Part shown: positions 62,076-64,000 of the stretch, one piece after another
Position numbering within the stretch: position 1 is the first letter of the stretch
Layout: every line of letters begins with the position of its first letter
DNA from: an uncultured Acidobacteriota bacterium
GTDB taxonomy: Bacteria; Acidobacteriota; Polarisedimenticolia; J045
Direction: 5' to 3'
NCBI GenBank assembly: GCA_963800865.1
Contig: CAWDCL010000005.1
Coordinates: 516,477 to 580,476 of the forward strand
Length of the DNA stretch: 64,000 bases
Program-made: the position numbers and the translations under genes
Notes under the pieces: model-generated
What the model was told of the DNA's origin: nothing
Seen by the model: only the letters and a program-made list of their open reading frames with translations
Database searches by the model: none

Positions 62076-62311
62076 TCTTCGCGATCGAAATGCGTCTCGG
62101 CCGGCGCTTCGAATCCGCGATCGTCCCCGGCCTCATGGGCGCGCCGGGCCGCCTCCGCCCAGCCGGCCCGGGGTCGCTCGACGGCCCGGATGACGATCGC
62201 GCCGGCACGGACCTGCAGCTCGACTTCGTCCGCGAGGCCGGCCTGCTCGATCAGCGGCTTCGGCAGCCGCAGCCCGCGGGAGTTGCCGATCCGCACGAGG
62301 CGCGCCCGCAT
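62063..62311 (-). CDS. mazE: AbrB/MazE-family antitoxin
   Basis: MRARLVRIGNSRGLRLPKPLIEQAGL: a SpoVT/AbrB swapped-hairpin domain. It overlaps the mazF start by 13 nt. Confidence 0.6.
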   Translation of the reverse strand: MRARLVRIGNSRGLRLPKPLIEQAGLADEVELQVRAGAIVIRAVERPRAGWAEAARRAHEAGDDRGFEAPAETHFDREEWTW

Positions 62312-62472
62312 CGCTTCGTCCTCCGTGTAAGTAATCACAATGTAATCACATCAGCGCGATTCGGTCAAATTCGACCCGGGAAGCCTATGCCGGCGCCCCC
62401 ACCGCCACCCGGTCTTTCTTTTCCATTCCCTGCTTCCGGTTTCCGGGGTAAGAAAGAGGCCGCGGAGGCCCC

Positions 62473-62976
62473 ATGCGACACGTCCGGCCGATCCCAGGGT
62501 TCCTTCTCCTGCTTCTCCTCTCCGCCTTGACCACGCCGGCGGTCCGCGCGCAGCAGGCGCCGGCGCTGGCCGGCGAGTGGCGGCTGGTCGAGCAGTACTA
62601 CGGCACGGGGCAGCACAATTTCGTCGAAGAGGCCGAGCCGTACCGGCTGTCGCTGCGGATCGACGGCGCGCGCGTCGCGGGAACGGCGATCCTCTCGGGG
62701 CAGGCCGCCTCCTGGCCGGCCTACTTCGGCCCGGATGGACCGCGCCCGCTGCAGGACGTCACCATCGCGCGCGACGACGACGGCCTCGGAGTGCGCGCCA
62801 CCTTCCGCGTCACGCCCCCCCCGGGCGACGACACCTGGCTGTTCGTGACCGAAACGCTGCGCGCCGGCCCGGATGGGAAGCTGGCGGCGACGATGACGGT
62901 CGAGTTCGAGCGGATGGGCGACCGCAAGGGAGCGTTCACCTGGCGCCGGGTGTTCGTGCGGGAGGAAGGGCCGTGA
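62473..62976 (+). CDS. secreted hypothetical protein
   Basis: Signal peptide MRHVRPIPGFLLLLLLSALTTPAVRAQ. 167 aa with no recognised domain. The stop overlaps the next start. Confidence 0.5.
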   Translation: MRHVRPIPGFLLLLLLSALTTPAVRAQQAPALAGEWRLVEQYYGTGQHNFVEEAEPYRLSLRIDGARVAGTAILSGQAASWPAYFGPDGPRPLQDVTIARDDDGLGVRATFRVTPPPGDDTWLFVTETLRAGPDGKLAATMTVEFERMGDRKGAFTWRRVFVREEGP

Positions 62977-64000
62977 GCGGGCGGCGGGCTCTCCTCCGAA
63001 CGCGGCTCGCAACGCCGGCTCTCGCCGCGCTGATCGCCCTGATCGCCGCGGCGCTCCCCGCCGCGGCGCAGAGCGTCTCCGGCAGTGCCTTCAACGACCG
63101 CAACGCCAACGGCGTGCGCGACGCCGGCGAGGAGGCGATCGCCGGCGTGCCGGTCCGGATCGCGGGGCAGCGCGACGCCGGCGGGGCGTTCGACCAGAGC
63201 GCGAGCACCGCCGCCAACGGATCGTTCACCTTCTCCCCCGGCAACGGCTGCTACGTCGTCGACCTCGAGGACCCGGCCGGCTGGCGCCGCACCTTCGCGC
63301 GTACCGACGAGTTCGCCCAGGGATCCTCGGGCTACAACCGCCCGGCCGGGGTGCGCCGCGTCGGCGCCGGGATGGCGCTGCTGGAGACGCTGCTCGCCGG
63401 CAACCTGCGCTACACCTCGATGGGCGACTCGATCGGCTGGAACTGGAACTCCTGCTTCGACACCTCGACTTTCTGGTACAGCCGCCAGGTGCGCGACCGA
63501 TTGAAGTGCGTCGCCCCCTCCGCGACCGTGGCGCTCGACGAGGCGGCGGTGAAGGGCGAGCACACCGACCACCTGCTGATCGACGAGGCCGACCTCAACA
63601 ACGTCTTCCGCGTGATCGACGCCCAGAGCAGGTTCGTGACGATCTCGATCATCGGCAACGACCTGCTCAACGCCGAGCCTCCCGACAACCCGACCCAGGC
63701 TCAGATCAACCGGGCGGCGGCGGAGATCATCGACTCGCGCCAGAACCTGCAGGAGATCCTGTCGTCACTCGTCGCGGGGATCCCCGGCGCGACGTCGAGC
63801 TGAACACGCTGTACGACAACCTCGCCGACGCCTGCGCGACCGGCAACAGCACGGCGTTCCACCGCGAGTGGGTCCCGCTGGTCAACCGCGTACTGCGCGA
63901 GGTCGCCTGGGGCCAGGCGCGGCGCGTGACGAACGCGGAGGTGTTCCTGGAGTTCGCGCACGAGGACCTGCAGAACGGCTGCACCGGCTTCCAGGGGCAG
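62973..64000 (+). CDS. secreted SGNH/GDSL-family hydrolase with an N-terminal SdrD-B/carboxypeptidase-regulatory-like domain (partial, 3' end beyond the window; -1 frameshift near 63790)
   Basis: GTG overlapping the upstream stop. Signal peptide. NDRNANGVRDAGEEAIAGVPVRI, then GDSIG ... SIIGNDL (SGNH blocks I and III). The in-frame stop at 63803 is bypassed in the -1 frame (..DVELNTLYDNLADACATGNSTAFHREWVPLVNRVL..), consistent with a missing G in ACG(G)TC. Confidence 0.6.

Overview
This is a 64 kb, very GC-rich (about 70%+) chromosomal segment from a bacterium that looks Gram-negative (OmpA-family and beta-barrel outer-membrane proteins, lipobox lipoproteins, TAT signal peptides, kdpFABCDE). 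I found no rRNA, tRNA or CRISPR array.

Recognisable content, in order: the 3' part of a PQQ-dependent sugar dehydrogenase; apaG; ygfZ and nadA; a membrane fatty-acid desaturase with an adjacent ferredoxin-NADP reductase; cstA; a membrane-anchored sulfatase-family enzyme divergent from a GT1 glycosyltransferase; a complete 4-hydroxyproline catabolic cluster (proline-racemase-family epimerase, D-hydroxyproline dehydrogenase subunits including a fused 2Fe-2S/FAD subunit, a DapA-family deaminase, and alpha-ketoglutarate-semialdehyde dehydrogenase); GTP-dependent PEP carboxykinase; a class D beta-lactamase; an M24 peptidase; the kdpFABCDE potassium transport and sensing operon, preceded by a small coupled ORF; disrupted vapBC; a lower-GC block with a glycine-zipper hypothetical protein, a broken beta-barrel OMP, an OmpA-family protein and an IS1-family transposase gene; a Fur-family regulator with a di-heme cytochrome c peroxidase, a metallophosphoesterase and a cytochrome c; a tyrosine/phenylalanine catabolic cluster (phhA, hppD, hmgA, acetoacetyl-CoA-synthetase-like ligase); a very large FN3-rich secreted zinc metalloprotease; a PEBP protein; an M29 aminopeptidase; mazEF; and the 5' part of an SGNH hydrolase.

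Two general points. A hairpin (REP-like) repeat family with a conserved CTCCGT loop occurs in clusters at three gene ends. At least 15 conserved genes carry single-base G/C indel frameshifts (hydroxyproline epimerase, pckG, kdpA, kdpB, kdpD, kdpE, vapC, the OMP, the protease and others), which points either to systematic assembly error or to extensive pseudogenisation. Many long ORFs on the opposite strand of real genes are GC-rich artefacts.
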